A stretch of 64,000 nt of DNA from the NCBI GenBank assembly GCA_046563655.1, contig JAJCTO010000009.1, positions 744,001-808,000 of the forward strand, given 5' to 3'. Under the pieces are notes generated by a model. That model was not told where the DNA came from and ran no database searches. It saw only the letters and a list, made by a program, of their open reading frames with translations. Shown one piece after another: positions 16,426-24,606 of the stretch. Origin of the DNA: Yuukianura sp. NJ FZ-2021. Its lineage: Eukaryota. Both the position numbers and the translations under genes were made by a program. The first letter of the stretch is position 1. Each line of letters begins with the position of its first letter.

Positions 16426-16572
16426 CCATACCACCGGGAAAAAGGGCCTCCGGGGGGGTACAGGGGGGGTTTGTAGTGTAAGGAAGGGGGTTTTGAAGTC
16501 TCCTGGAGTGGTGACTGGGTCCGTCCGTCATCGTCTTGAGTCATTATGGTTAGTAGTGACCTTTTGACACTA

Positions 16573-18612
16573 CTATTTCTTGTAAGGATGATGGCGGTTG
16601 TTTTTGGACTGATTTTGGGGCTGATTTTGGTTTTGATTTTTTTGTTGATTTTGATTTTGTTTTTCTTCTTGTATCCGAATTTGGGAACGTTGTCGCCGTT
16701 GCTTTCCAAGGTGATCTTGGAGTTTCTTTTTGTGTGATTCCGCAAAGAGAGGGTGATGCTTTCTTGCATGTTTTTTGCGTATTTCGCACTCTTTGCGAAA
16801 CTCTTCGTCTTTGCGGTCCTTAAATGTGCAGTTGACCTTAGTGTGACCTTGGAACCAGCATGCGAAGCAAAGTTGGTTTTGAACACTTGGTTCTGGAATT
16901 GCTTCCTGTACTTGTTTTTGAAGTTCAACAATTCTTTCGGAATTGTTAACTGTGACCATAATAATTTCTTTTTCCACAGAACTTGCAGTGACTTGAGCTG
17001 TGGATGGAGTTGGATTTTCAGTAACTTCAGTTTGTGTTTGTTCTGTAACCATGTTTTCTTGCATGGTTTGTGTGCTTGAATCGTCAGTTTGAATAGTTGA
17101 AGTTTGCGTTTGAATGCTTGAATTTTGAATTTGGGTTTGGATTGGCGTTTGAATTGGAGTTTGAAGAGGCTGTTCATTTAAGATTTCATTTGTAAATGAC
17201 TCAATGTCGCCGTCTGCCGTCATCTCTATGTCTTGTGGCTCTTCTGTATTTTGTGATTGTTGAATTCTGCCGTTACAGAATTCGACAAGTGAATCTACGG
17301 ATTCCACCGAGTCCCAGCGACATGGGTTTAGGTTGTAGGAAGGTGGTACAACAATTACTGATTTGAGTTTTTTCTTGGGATTTTTAGTTTGATCATCTGC
17401 CTCTTCCTGAGTAATGGGAATCTCCCATTGGTCCATTTTTTGTTCTAGATTTGCATAGTGTTCTTGGAGGATCTCGAGTACTTGCTTGCTCATGCGTCGT
17501 GCGAACATGCTGTCCTCACGAACTTTTGGCGAAAGTGCAATCAATTCTTGCACTGATTTGATTTTTGATTTTGCCTTGACAATTGCAATCATTTTTTCAG
17601 CTGAGCAGACGAAGATACTCGGTACATCGTTAAATTTTGCAATTTCCTCTCTGAGTTCAAATATTTTTCTGAGTATGGAATTTTGTATTCCAGTGAAGTT
17701 TTTCATCTTCTGAATATCTTCAACTGTTTCTTTGATTGGTAATCCGATTCCTGGAGTTCTGGCGGGAAATTTGAATGTCGCAGCAGTCCATTCTTTTTCG
17801 TAAAGTTTGTAGCATTTTCCGCCATATTGTTGCTTCATGTTGTTCCAAACTCTAAGTAAGAGATGAGAATCTGCCCTTGCGTATTCGATTAAGTCTTGGT
17901 GAAGTGGTCTTTTGCGGAAATCTGCTGCTCTTAAGTCTTTGTTGGTTTTTTCAACATTTGGTATGAACGTAGAAACTACGTTCCAGAATTTTTCTGTCTC
18001 TCTGCGTCTGCGCTCGTCTGGATTTTCGGGGAACTTGTGGAATGCAGTTTGAATGTCCACGATTCCGACTGGGAAAATGTTATAAAACAAATTCAATTTC
18101 CTGATGTCTTCTTTTGCATCGAATCCGATTTTCACAATTTCTGGATTTTCAAGTATTGGTTTCAAGTCTTGGATTTTCGGGCCGAATTCAAATGGACAAA
18201 CGATAAAGTCTTTTGCATGTGTTGATAATTGGAACAGTGCAGGATAAGTGTGTCCAAAGTATCCTTTGTCGTTTCCAGGTGAGAATTCAAGGTCAAAGGC
18301 AATTTCTTCTTGTATGTTAAGTTCATCAATCATCGATTGGAGTTCCTTTTCTGTTTTAGGACAGATGATTGGGGTAAGTTTTCTGTCATCGGTGATACTG
18401 TGGCCAGCTCTTAGAGTAGACATGTTTTGTGTAACATGAAATTTCGTCATCTCAGTTAGTTTTGGATTTTGAACGAATTGATATCCGTGTTTGTTTCGTG
18501 CAACGCAGAAGTTTCGAAATTTTGAGAATCTCCGATCAAAAAATGGTCGTCTTTCTGCTCTTCCATATTTCTCGTTCATGTCTTTCGTAAGTTGTAACCA
18601 ATTGGATGCCAT
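16573..18612 (-). CDS. ORF3: RRP6/EXOSC10 (RNase D family)-like DEDDy 3'-5' exonuclease + HRDC domain + Q/T-rich linker + CCHC zinc knuckle + basic/QN tail (679 aa)
   Basis: ExoI IAFDLEF; ALFQLSTHAKDFIV; LKPILENPEIVKIGFDAKEDI (ExoII); GIVDIQ; ADFRKRPLHQDLIEYARADSHLL (ExoIII; cf. RRP6 ADWRxRPLxxxMxxYARxDTHYL). HRDC-like ILRKIFELREEIAKFNDVPSIFVC follows. CFACWFQGHTKVNC fits C-X2-C-X4-H-X4-C. Confidence 0.9.
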   Translation of the reverse strand: MASNWLQLTKDMNEKYGRAERRPFFDRRFSKFRNFCVARNKHGYQFVQNPKLTEMTKFHVTQNMSTLRAGHSITDDRKLTPIICPKTEKELQSMIDELNIQEEIAFDLEFSPGNDKGYFGHTYPALFQLSTHAKDFIVCPFEFGPKIQDLKPILENPEIVKIGFDAKEDIRKLNLFYNIFPVGIVDIQTAFHKFPENPDERRRRETEKFWNVVSTFIPNVEKTNKDLRAADFRKRPLHQDLIEYARADSHLLLRVWNNMKQQYGGKCYKLYEKEWTAATFKFPARTPGIGLPIKETVEDIQKMKNFTGIQNSILRKIFELREEIAKFNDVPSIFVCSAEKMIAIVKAKSKIKSVQELIALSPKVREDSMFARRMSKQVLEILQEHYANLEQKMDQWEIPITQEEADDQTKNPKKKLKSVIVVPPSYNLNPCRWDSVESVDSLVEFCNGRIQQSQNTEEPQDIEMTADGDIESFTNEILNEQPLQTPIQTPIQTQIQNSSIQTQTSTIQTDDSSTQTMQENMVTEQTQTEVTENPTPSTAQVTASSVEKEIIMVTVNNSERIVELQKQVQEAIPEPSVQNQLCFACWFQGHTKVNCTFKDRKDEEFRKECEIRKKHARKHHPLFAESHKKKLQDHLGKQRRQRSQIRIQEEKQNQNQQKNQNQNQPQNQSKNNRHHPYKK

Positions 18613-18630
18613 TCTGAAATTTAAAATGAC
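18613..18630 (-). promoter_or_regulatory. Putative 3' splice acceptor for a subgenomic ORF3 mRNA
   Basis: Minus strand reads GTCATTTTAAATTTCAG|A-ATG. The acceptor AG (18615-18614) is one base before the ORF3 ATG (18612). Confidence 0.55.
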
Positions 18631-18704
18631 AATGTTATTTGGGTCTGATTTTAATTTTTGATTTTAGGTTTATAAATTTTTGTTTTTGCGCATTTTGTAT
18701 TTTT

Positions 18705-21700
18705 TTATTTCCGGTAGCCCGCTAATGTCCGGTAATTTACTCTAGTACGACGTCTCAATCTCGATTGAGGTTCGTTTTCCGTGTTCAACGTTTCCGAAAC
18801 GTTTGAACTTAATTTATTTGAGTTTGTTTTTATTTTCCGTTTAAAATATAATTTTATTTGAGATACGTGTCGTCTACCGACGTGAGAATTATCGTCAATT
18901 CTCAAAATCTCATAAGTTATTGGTGTGGCTTTCTTGCCAATTTTATAAGGACCTTCCCAACGATGGGATAATTTTTGTGCAATTCCTTCATCTTTATTGG
19001 AAAGAATGTGAGTTTTAATGAGGACGAAATCTCCCTCATTGAATGTCACTTGACGGTGTGCTTTGTCATAATGGATTTTGTTTTTCTCATGAGCTTTTGT
19101 CATATTTTCACGAACGTATTCGATTAATTCTTTTAATTGATCTGGAACTTTTTGAGCTTTTTCGTAATCGAATTTCGTTGGTCCTTCTTGTAAATTTCGA
19201 TCGAATGGAAGTGGAATTTCTCTTCCAAGGTTCAGCAATGCTGGAGTGACTTTTGTAGTTTCGTTTGTGACTGTGCGCAATGCCAGTGCAAATTTTTGAA
19301 GATTTTCGTCCCATTTGTGGTGACTGTCTTCAATGTAGGCTTGGATCATGGTTTTGATGCTTCTATTTGTTCTTTCTGAGTGATTTGCTTGTGGGTGGTA
19401 TTCCGCGACCATCCTATGTTTGATTTTCCATTTTTCACATAAATCTGCGATAATAGTTGAAGTGTATTGTGATCCATGATCTGAGATTATTGTATGCGGT
19501 GCTCCAAACCGGCAAAATATTTGATTTTCTAAGATTTCTTCTGTTTTCTTTGCTGTTGCTGCTGTCATCGGGAAAAGCTCAACCCATTTTGACAGTTCAT
19601 CTAAGACAACGAGTAAATACTTGCATTGTCTTCCGCCTGCGCTTGTAGGAAATGGACCTTGGTAGTCCACATGAATTGTTCCAAATACTTCAGATGGCGG
19701 TTTTGCAATTCCTAATTCTCCATGAGGTTTTTGATTTGAAATTTTTACTCTTTGACATTTGTCGCATGTTTTTACGAAATTTGCAATTTCTCTGTTCATG
19801 TTATTCCAATAACATCTTTGTTTGATTCTCTCTAGAGTTTTCGTTCTCCCGAAGTGTCCGGCTTCTGGGGAGTCGTGGAAAATTTCCATTATTTTTGTTT
19901 TCATATGTTCTGGAATTACTGGTACCATTGTTTTTTCTTCATTTTTGTAAGGATCCTTGTCGTTTTTGGTATTTTTTGAGTTGACGAACTGCGTCTGAGG
20001 TTCATGACTCCTCTCTTCAGCTGTCTTCTCTGGACTTAATTTTGATATTGTTGCCGTAATGACGGTCTTTGGATGAAGACAATTTGGTTTAAGACAAATT
20101 GCTTCTTGTTTGATTTTTGTTTTGACTTGAGTAGATTTTGGTAATGTTGTCGTAGTTCCTCTGAATGGTTTGATTTTTCTGAACAGAACGTTTCTGGTGA
20201 ATACATAGTTACTAGTTATGCTTGGCCGAGCATTCTTAGCAACTGTGAGTTCGTTGATGATTTTTGTAAGTTCGGGGTCCTTTTTCTGTTCTGCTGCTAT
20301 GTCCTCCATTGAAGGGGTACAGTAGACAAGCAAAAATGTTGGAACTAGAATATTGTCTCTGTCTTGGAGCATATCTGGATCGTTTGGTTGTTCTGGAAGA
20401 CTGGCACGTGAAAGTGCATCTGCAACTACATTTTCTGATCCTTTTCTGAATCGGAGTGTAGCGTCCCAGGATGTGATCTCGATTGCCCATTTTGTAAGTT
20501 TTGCTTTTTTGTTTTTCATTGAATTTAAGTAGCTGACTGCTTTGTTGTCAGTTTCAATTGTGAATGGATGTCCTTCGATAAATTCCCTGAATTTATCGTA
20601 TGCGAAAATTATTGCGTATAATTCTTTTTCGTGAATGTGAGCACTGCGTTCTGATTTTTTGAGTGATTTGCTTGCGAACATGATCGGTCTTTCTTTCCCG
20701 TCGACTTCTTGAAGTAGAACTGCTCCGAGTCCATTTTCAGATGCATCACATTGCATTATGATTGGTTTTGAATAGTCAATTGTTTTGAGAATGACTTCCT
20801 CAGCCATTGCTTTTTTCATTTCTTGAAAGGATTTTTCTTGTTCTGGTCCCCATTTCCATTTTGTATTTTTTCTAAGAAGTTGGTACATCGGTTCTGCTTT
20901 TTGACTGAAATTTCGGATGAATGTAGCGTACCATGCGCACATTCCATGAAATCTCAAAATGTCTTGTTTACACTGCGGTGTAGGAAATTCTGTGATCGCT
21001 TTGACTTTGGATGGTTGTTTTGTAATTCCTTCCGGTCCAGCGATGTGACCAATGTATTGTACTTCTTTCTGTGCCCAAACTGATTTGAGTCGATTTATGG
21101 TTAGTTTCGCCTCTTTGAGTCTCTCCAACGCCATTTCCAAATGTTTGTAGTGCTCTTCCAATGTTGGTGAGTAGATGAGAATGTCGTCAACGAAAATTTT
21201 AATGAAGACATCGACGTATCCTTGAAATACGATTCTCATCAGAGAGGTGAATGTTTTTGGAGAATTTTTGAGTCCCATCGGCATTACCAAAAATTCGTAA
21301 TGGCCGTCTTGAGTAATGAATGCTGTTTTTTCAATGCTGTTTTCGTGCATTGGAATTTGCCAAAATCCGGAGTTCATGTCGAGCACTGTGTACCAGTAGT
21401 TTGGCGGTATTGTTCGTAAGATGGAATTACAGTTGTCCATCGGACCTGCGTTTTTCTTCATACTTGCATTCAGTTTGATGTAGTTAATACAAAGCCTGTA
21501 TTTATCTGAATTTTTCTTTTTTTCTAACACCACCGGTGCTGAATATGGAGATCTTGAATGTCGTACCATTCCTTTCTTCATCAATTGCTCAATTTCTTCG
21601 TTCATTGCATTTCTGAGATTGGGTGGATATTTGTAAGGTCTGAGTTGAATTGGATTTCCCTCGGTTTCGATTTCATGTCGAGTGAGATCGGTTCTTCCGC

Positions 21701-22310
21701 TCAAGTTGTCGTTCCTTGCGACTTCGGGAAATTTTTGAATAATTTGAAGTATTCTTGCTTCTTTTTCATCGATTGGTGTTTTTCCGTCTGGTTGTTCATG
21801 AGTAATGCTGAAGACAACAGCATTTTGACGGTTATTGAGTGAGAATATTGTTGGAAGTTTGTCTTCTGGATTAGATTTAAACCAGAACTTTTCTCCTGAA
21901 ACGTCCAGGATAATTTCATGTTTCTTCATCACATCTTTGCCAATTATTAGAGGGAATGGAAGTTTCTCCATTACGTAGGCATTTGTGATAATAATTTTGT
22001 TTTGAATTTTGAATTGGAGTTGAATTGATCCAATTGGTTGAATTTTTTCATTGTTTGCAATAACTAGTCTCACATTATTGCTGGAGTTGAAGTTCTTTTG
22101 AATTTTCTTGGCTACTCTTTCGTGAATGAGAGTATAGTCGCTTCCAGTATCGAATATGGCTTCGATTTCGGGAGTTTTTGATAGAATTAAAGATGTTGCA
22201 CCTTGGTTTGTTTCGAATTTGAGAATTGGGAGTAGATAAGAAGGTGCTGGGAGCTTATCTTCCCTTAGCAGTTTGACTGCGAGTTTGATGGCTGGGGTTG
22301 GTGTTTTTGT
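18705..22310 (-). CDS. pol: Pol polyprotein (aspartic protease, reverse transcriptase, RNase H, integrase), -1 frame relative to gag
   Basis: The frame is open from 22310, upstream of the ORF-track start at 22073, and includes protease AIFDTGSDYTLI...IIGKD. RT: LDMNSGFWQIPM, YEFLVMPMGLKNSP, FVDD. RNase H: QCDASENGLGAVL, EKELYAI, TDNKA, NVVADALSR. Integrase: H-X6-H...CDKC, D-D-E (VDYQG, SDHGSQY, ERTNR) and GPY motif WEGPYKI. Confidence 0.97.
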   Translation of the reverse strand, partial: TKTPTPAIKLAVKLLREDKLPAPSYLLPILKFETNQGATSLILSKTPEIEAIFDTGSDYTLIHERVAKKIQKNFNSSNNVRLVIANNEKIQPIGSIQLQFKIQNKIIITNAYVMEKLPFPLIIGKDVMKKHEIILDVSGEKFWFKSNPEDKLPTIFSLNNRQNAVVFSITHEQPDGKTPIDEKEARILQIIQKFPEVARNDNLSGRTDLTRHEIETEGNPIQLRPYKYPPNLRNAMNEEIEQLMKKGMVRHSRSPYSAPVVLEKKKNSDKYRLCINYIKLNASMKKNAGPMDNCNSILRTIPPNYWYTVLDMNSGFWQIPMHENSIEKTAFITQDGHYEFLVMPMGLKNSPKTFTSLMRIVFQGYVDVFIKIFVDDILIYSPTLEEHYKHLEMALERLKEAKLTINRLKSVWAQKEVQYIGHIAGPEGITKQPSKVKAITEFPTPQCKQDILRFHGMCAWYATFIRNFSQKAEPMYQLLRKNTKWKWGPEQEKSFQEMKKAMAEEVILKTIDYSKPIIMQCDASENGLGAVLLQEVDGKERPIMFASKSLKKSERSAHIHEKELYAIIFAYDKFREFIEGHPFTIETDNKAVSYLNSMKNKKAKLTKWAIEITSWDATLRFRKGSENVVADALSRASLPEQPNDPDMLQDRDNILVPTFLLVYCTPSMEDIAAEQKKDPELTKIINELTVAKNARPSITSNYVFTRNVLFRKIKPFRGTTTTLPKSTQVKTKIKQEAICLKPNCLHPKTVITATISKLSPEKTAEERSHEPQTQFVNSKNTKNDKDPYKNEEKTMVPVIPEHMKTKIMEIFHDSPEAGHFGRTKTLERIKQRCYWNNMNREIANFVKTCDKCQRVKISNQKPHGELGIAKPPSEVFGTIHVDYQGPFPTSAGGRQCKYLLVVLDELSKWVELFPMTAATAKKTEEILENQIFCRFGAPHTIISDHGSQYTSTIIADLCEKWKIKHRMVAEYHPQANHSERTNRSIKTMIQAYIEDSHHKWDENLQKFALALRTVTNETTKVTPALLNLGREIPLPFDRNLQEGPTKFDYEKAQKVPDQLKELIEYVRENMTKAHEKNKIHYDKAHRQVTFNEGDFVLIKTHILSNKDEGIAQKLSHRWEGPYKIGKKATPITYEILRIDDNSHVGRRHVSQIKLYFKRKIKTNSNKLSSNVSETLNTENEPQSRLRRRTRVNYRTLAGYRK
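22234..22277 (-). promoter_or_regulatory. Putative -1 programmed ribosomal frameshift signal (gag-pol)
   Basis: G_UCA_AAC (22277-22271), a 6-nt spacer containing the gag stop, then a GGGA/UCCC stem whose loop AGAUAAG is complementary to downstream CUUAUCU (H-type pseudoknot). gag and pol overlap by ~15 codons in the -1 frame. Confidence 0.55.
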
Positions 22311-23935
22311 TCAGTATTTGTATTGTAATTTTCATACTCTTCAAAGTACTCCTCTTGAGTTACTAATGCTGTGCCTTGTTTACTGGGACATTGACGAGCA
22401 ATGTGTCCGTATCCCCGACATTTTCTGCACTGAACGCCATCTTGGTTGTTGGTTTGTTGTTCATTGTTTGAATTGTTTGGATACGGTCGGCTTTGGCTGG
22501 CTGGGTTGCCTCTTGAATTACCTCGAGTGTAATTCGAACGGTAATTTGGATCATAATTTCGTCCTTTGTAATTTGGATTGATGTTTTGGGTACTACTGTT
22601 GTTGCCTCCTCGGCCTCTGTTTGATCCACGATTACCACGGTTGCCACGACCTCTGTAATTTCCTCGTTGGGAATTTTCAGTTTGTTGATTTTCAGTTTGT
22701 TGGCCGTCAGTTTGATTTGTTTCTTGAGTTTCGGCATTTTGGGATCTAGTATTGTAGTAAGTACGGCCTCTTCCTTTGCCTCTGTAACCTCCTCGCCCAC
22801 GGGAATTTCTTCCACGTGAGTAGTAATTTGAGGACTGACTTTGATCTTCATTTTGATCATTTTGATTATTTTTGAATTTCTTTTCTTCAATGTTGCTCAA
22901 TGCTGGAGCTACGATTGGTGGGAGTTTGTCGTTGCTTTTGCTTGATTTGTCCAATGCTGCCAAATTGTCGTGTACGGCTCTGCAAGCGTCAAACAAATCT
23001 TGTGGCGAATCGTACTCGTTAGTTCCAAGCATGTTTCTGATTCTGGGGTGTAGTGAGGCTTGAACTCTAATGAGTGATTCTGAAGTTGGTTCATTTGTAT
23101 AGCAGAGTCTCGAAAGTCTGAGCATTTCGTAGATGTGTGTTTCAGTTGGCTCATGTATCAATTGGACTTTGTTGGTTAAATATTTGATTCTGTTTCTATG
23201 TTCCATTGGATTGTCGAATCTTCTCATAAATTCGTGTTTGAATCCTCTCCAAGTGTCTGTTTCTGTTCTGACATGTTCCCACCATGCCTGTGATTCTTGT
23301 GGTAAAATTGATTTGACCATGTATAACCACTGTTGGGGTGGATAGCCTTGACCTTTGAGGTATCGTTCTGCGTCTTTGAGGAACGATTCGGCTGTAGATT
23401 TTTTTGGATTAAATTTGGGAATTGGAATTTGAGCTTGGACAGTCGTTAGTCGCACTGTTTGTAGTGCTTCTGTGAGGGTTTCAATTGAAACTGTTTGATT
23501 TGCTCCTGATTGTGACATACTGGAATGTCTAGATGCATCTGGTTCTTCTGGGATACGAGGCAATTGTTTTGGCATTATCTTTTGAGTATTGCTTCTGGCT
23601 GTGTCAGCAATGTTGATCGCAACCTGAATCATTTTTGCTAGTTGGGCCATTTGTTCATCAGTAAAGGCTGAACTTTGCGCTTTTGTGCTGCTTGTTCCAG
23701 GTTTTTCTTTATGGCGGCCCATCCGTGTTTTGGTTTTCTTAGGTGGTGGGTCTTCAGCCTCTAAGTCACGAAAGACGTTCTCATCGTCATCTTCTTCTAG
23801 ATCGATTTGTTGTTGCTCCATTTCTTGTTGTTCTTCTGAAGTGGACATCGTACTTCCGCGTTTAAGCCCACTTCTAGTTGTGCTGACGTATTCTGGATCG
23901 AGCGGTTTCAAGTTTCTCAAGTCTCGAAAACTCAT
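22265..23935 (-). CDS. gag: Gag polyprotein (556 aa)
   Basis: Retrotransposon capsid-like region IPKFNPK...AESFL...QAWW...TWRGFKHEFMRRF...Q..E, an RGG-rich region and CCHC knuckle CRKCRGYGHIARQC. Lies upstream of pol. Confidence 0.95.
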   Translation of the reverse strand: MSFRDLRNLKPLDPEYVSTTRSGLKRGSTMSTSEEQQEMEQQQIDLEEDDDENVFRDLEAEDPPPKKTKTRMGRHKEKPGTSSTKAQSSAFTDEQMAQLAKMIQVAINIADTARSNTQKIMPKQLPRIPEEPDASRHSSMSQSGANQTVSIETLTEALQTVRLTTVQAQIPIPKFNPKKSTAESFLKDAERYLKGQGYPPQQWLYMVKSILPQESQAWWEHVRTETDTWRGFKHEFMRRFDNPMEHRNRIKYLTNKVQLIHEPTETHIYEMLRLSRLCYTNEPTSESLIRVQASLHPRIRNMLGTNEYDSPQDLFDACRAVHDNLAALDKSSKSNDKLPPIVAPALSNIEEKKFKNNQNDQNEDQSQSSNYYSRGRNSRGRGGYRGKGRGRTYYNTRSQNAETQETNQTDGQQTENQQTENSQRGNYRGRGNRGNRGSNRGRGGNNSSTQNINPNYKGRNYDPNYRSNYTRGNSRGNPASQSRPYPNNSNNEQQTNNQDGVQCRKCRGYGHIARQCPSKQGTALVTQEEYFEEYENYNTNTEQKHQPQPSNSQSNC

Positions 23936-23955
23936 TGGACTGTCATTTGCTCTCG

Positions 23956-24606
23956 GGTTACCTTAACCAGGTTACCCTGCGGATTACCTTAACCAGGTTA
24001 TCCTGTGGATTACTTTACCCAAGTTATCCTGTTTTCGTGGATTACTTTGACCAAGTTATCCTGTAGATTACTTTAACCAAGTTATCCTGTGGATTACCTT
24101 GACCAGGTTATCCTGTTTTTGGATTACTTTCACCAAGTTATCCTGTTTTTGGATTACTTTCACCAAGTTATCCTGTTTTTGGATTACTTTCACCAAGTTA
24201 TCTTGTGGATTACCTTGACCAGGTTATCCTGTTTTTGGATTACTTTCACCAAGTTATCCTGTTTTTGGATTACTTTCACCAAGTTATCCTGTTTTTGGAT
24301 TACTTTCACCAAGTTATCCTGTTTTTGGATTACTTTCACCAAGTTATCCTGTGGATTACCTTGACCAGGTTATCCTGTTTTTGGATTACTTTGACCAAGT
24401 TATCCTGTTTTTGGATTACTTTCACCAAGTTATCCCGTTTTTGGATTACTTTCACCAAGTTATCCTGTGGATTACCTTGACCAGGTTATCCTGTTTTTGG
24501 ATTACTTTCACCAAGTTATCCTGTTTTTGGATTACTTTCACCAAGTTATCCTGTGGATTACCTTGACCAGGTTATCCTATGGATTACCTTCACCAGGTTA
24601 TCCTGT
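23956..24606. repeat. Tandem array of 23 imperfect-palindromic ~26-30-bp units in the 5' leader of element 1
   Basis: Unit GGATTAC(T/C)TT(C/G)ACCA(A/G)GTTATCCTGT(TTTT); 23 copies counted. Ends ~20 bp before the gag ATG. Confidence 0.95.

Noticed and set aside
16573..18612. ORF3 as an envelope protein, or as a host RRP6 gene
   Set aside because: It has no signal peptide, TM helix or fusion-protein features. It is intronless, lies between the LTRs and lacks a recognisable RRP6 N-terminal PMC2NT region, so it is element cargo and gets no host gene symbol.
18705..18900. Chromodomain at the integrase C-terminus (centromere-targeting chromovirus)
   Set aside because: After GPY...RHVSQIK the tail is short and basic (RLRRRTRVNYR), with no chromodomain pattern.
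16383..23966. Overlapping and antisense short ORFs within element 1 (e.g. 16383-17177, 16546-16737, 16753-17079, 22363-22890, 23685-23966)
   Set aside because: These are alternative-frame shadows of low-complexity, A-rich coding sequence with no motifs, mostly with non-ATG starts.
23956..24606. CRISPR array (palindromic ~30-bp repeats)
   Set aside because: The repeats are contiguous with no unique spacers, there are no cas genes, and the context is a eukaryotic retrotransposon leader. The ORFs at 24089-24566 are repeat artefacts.
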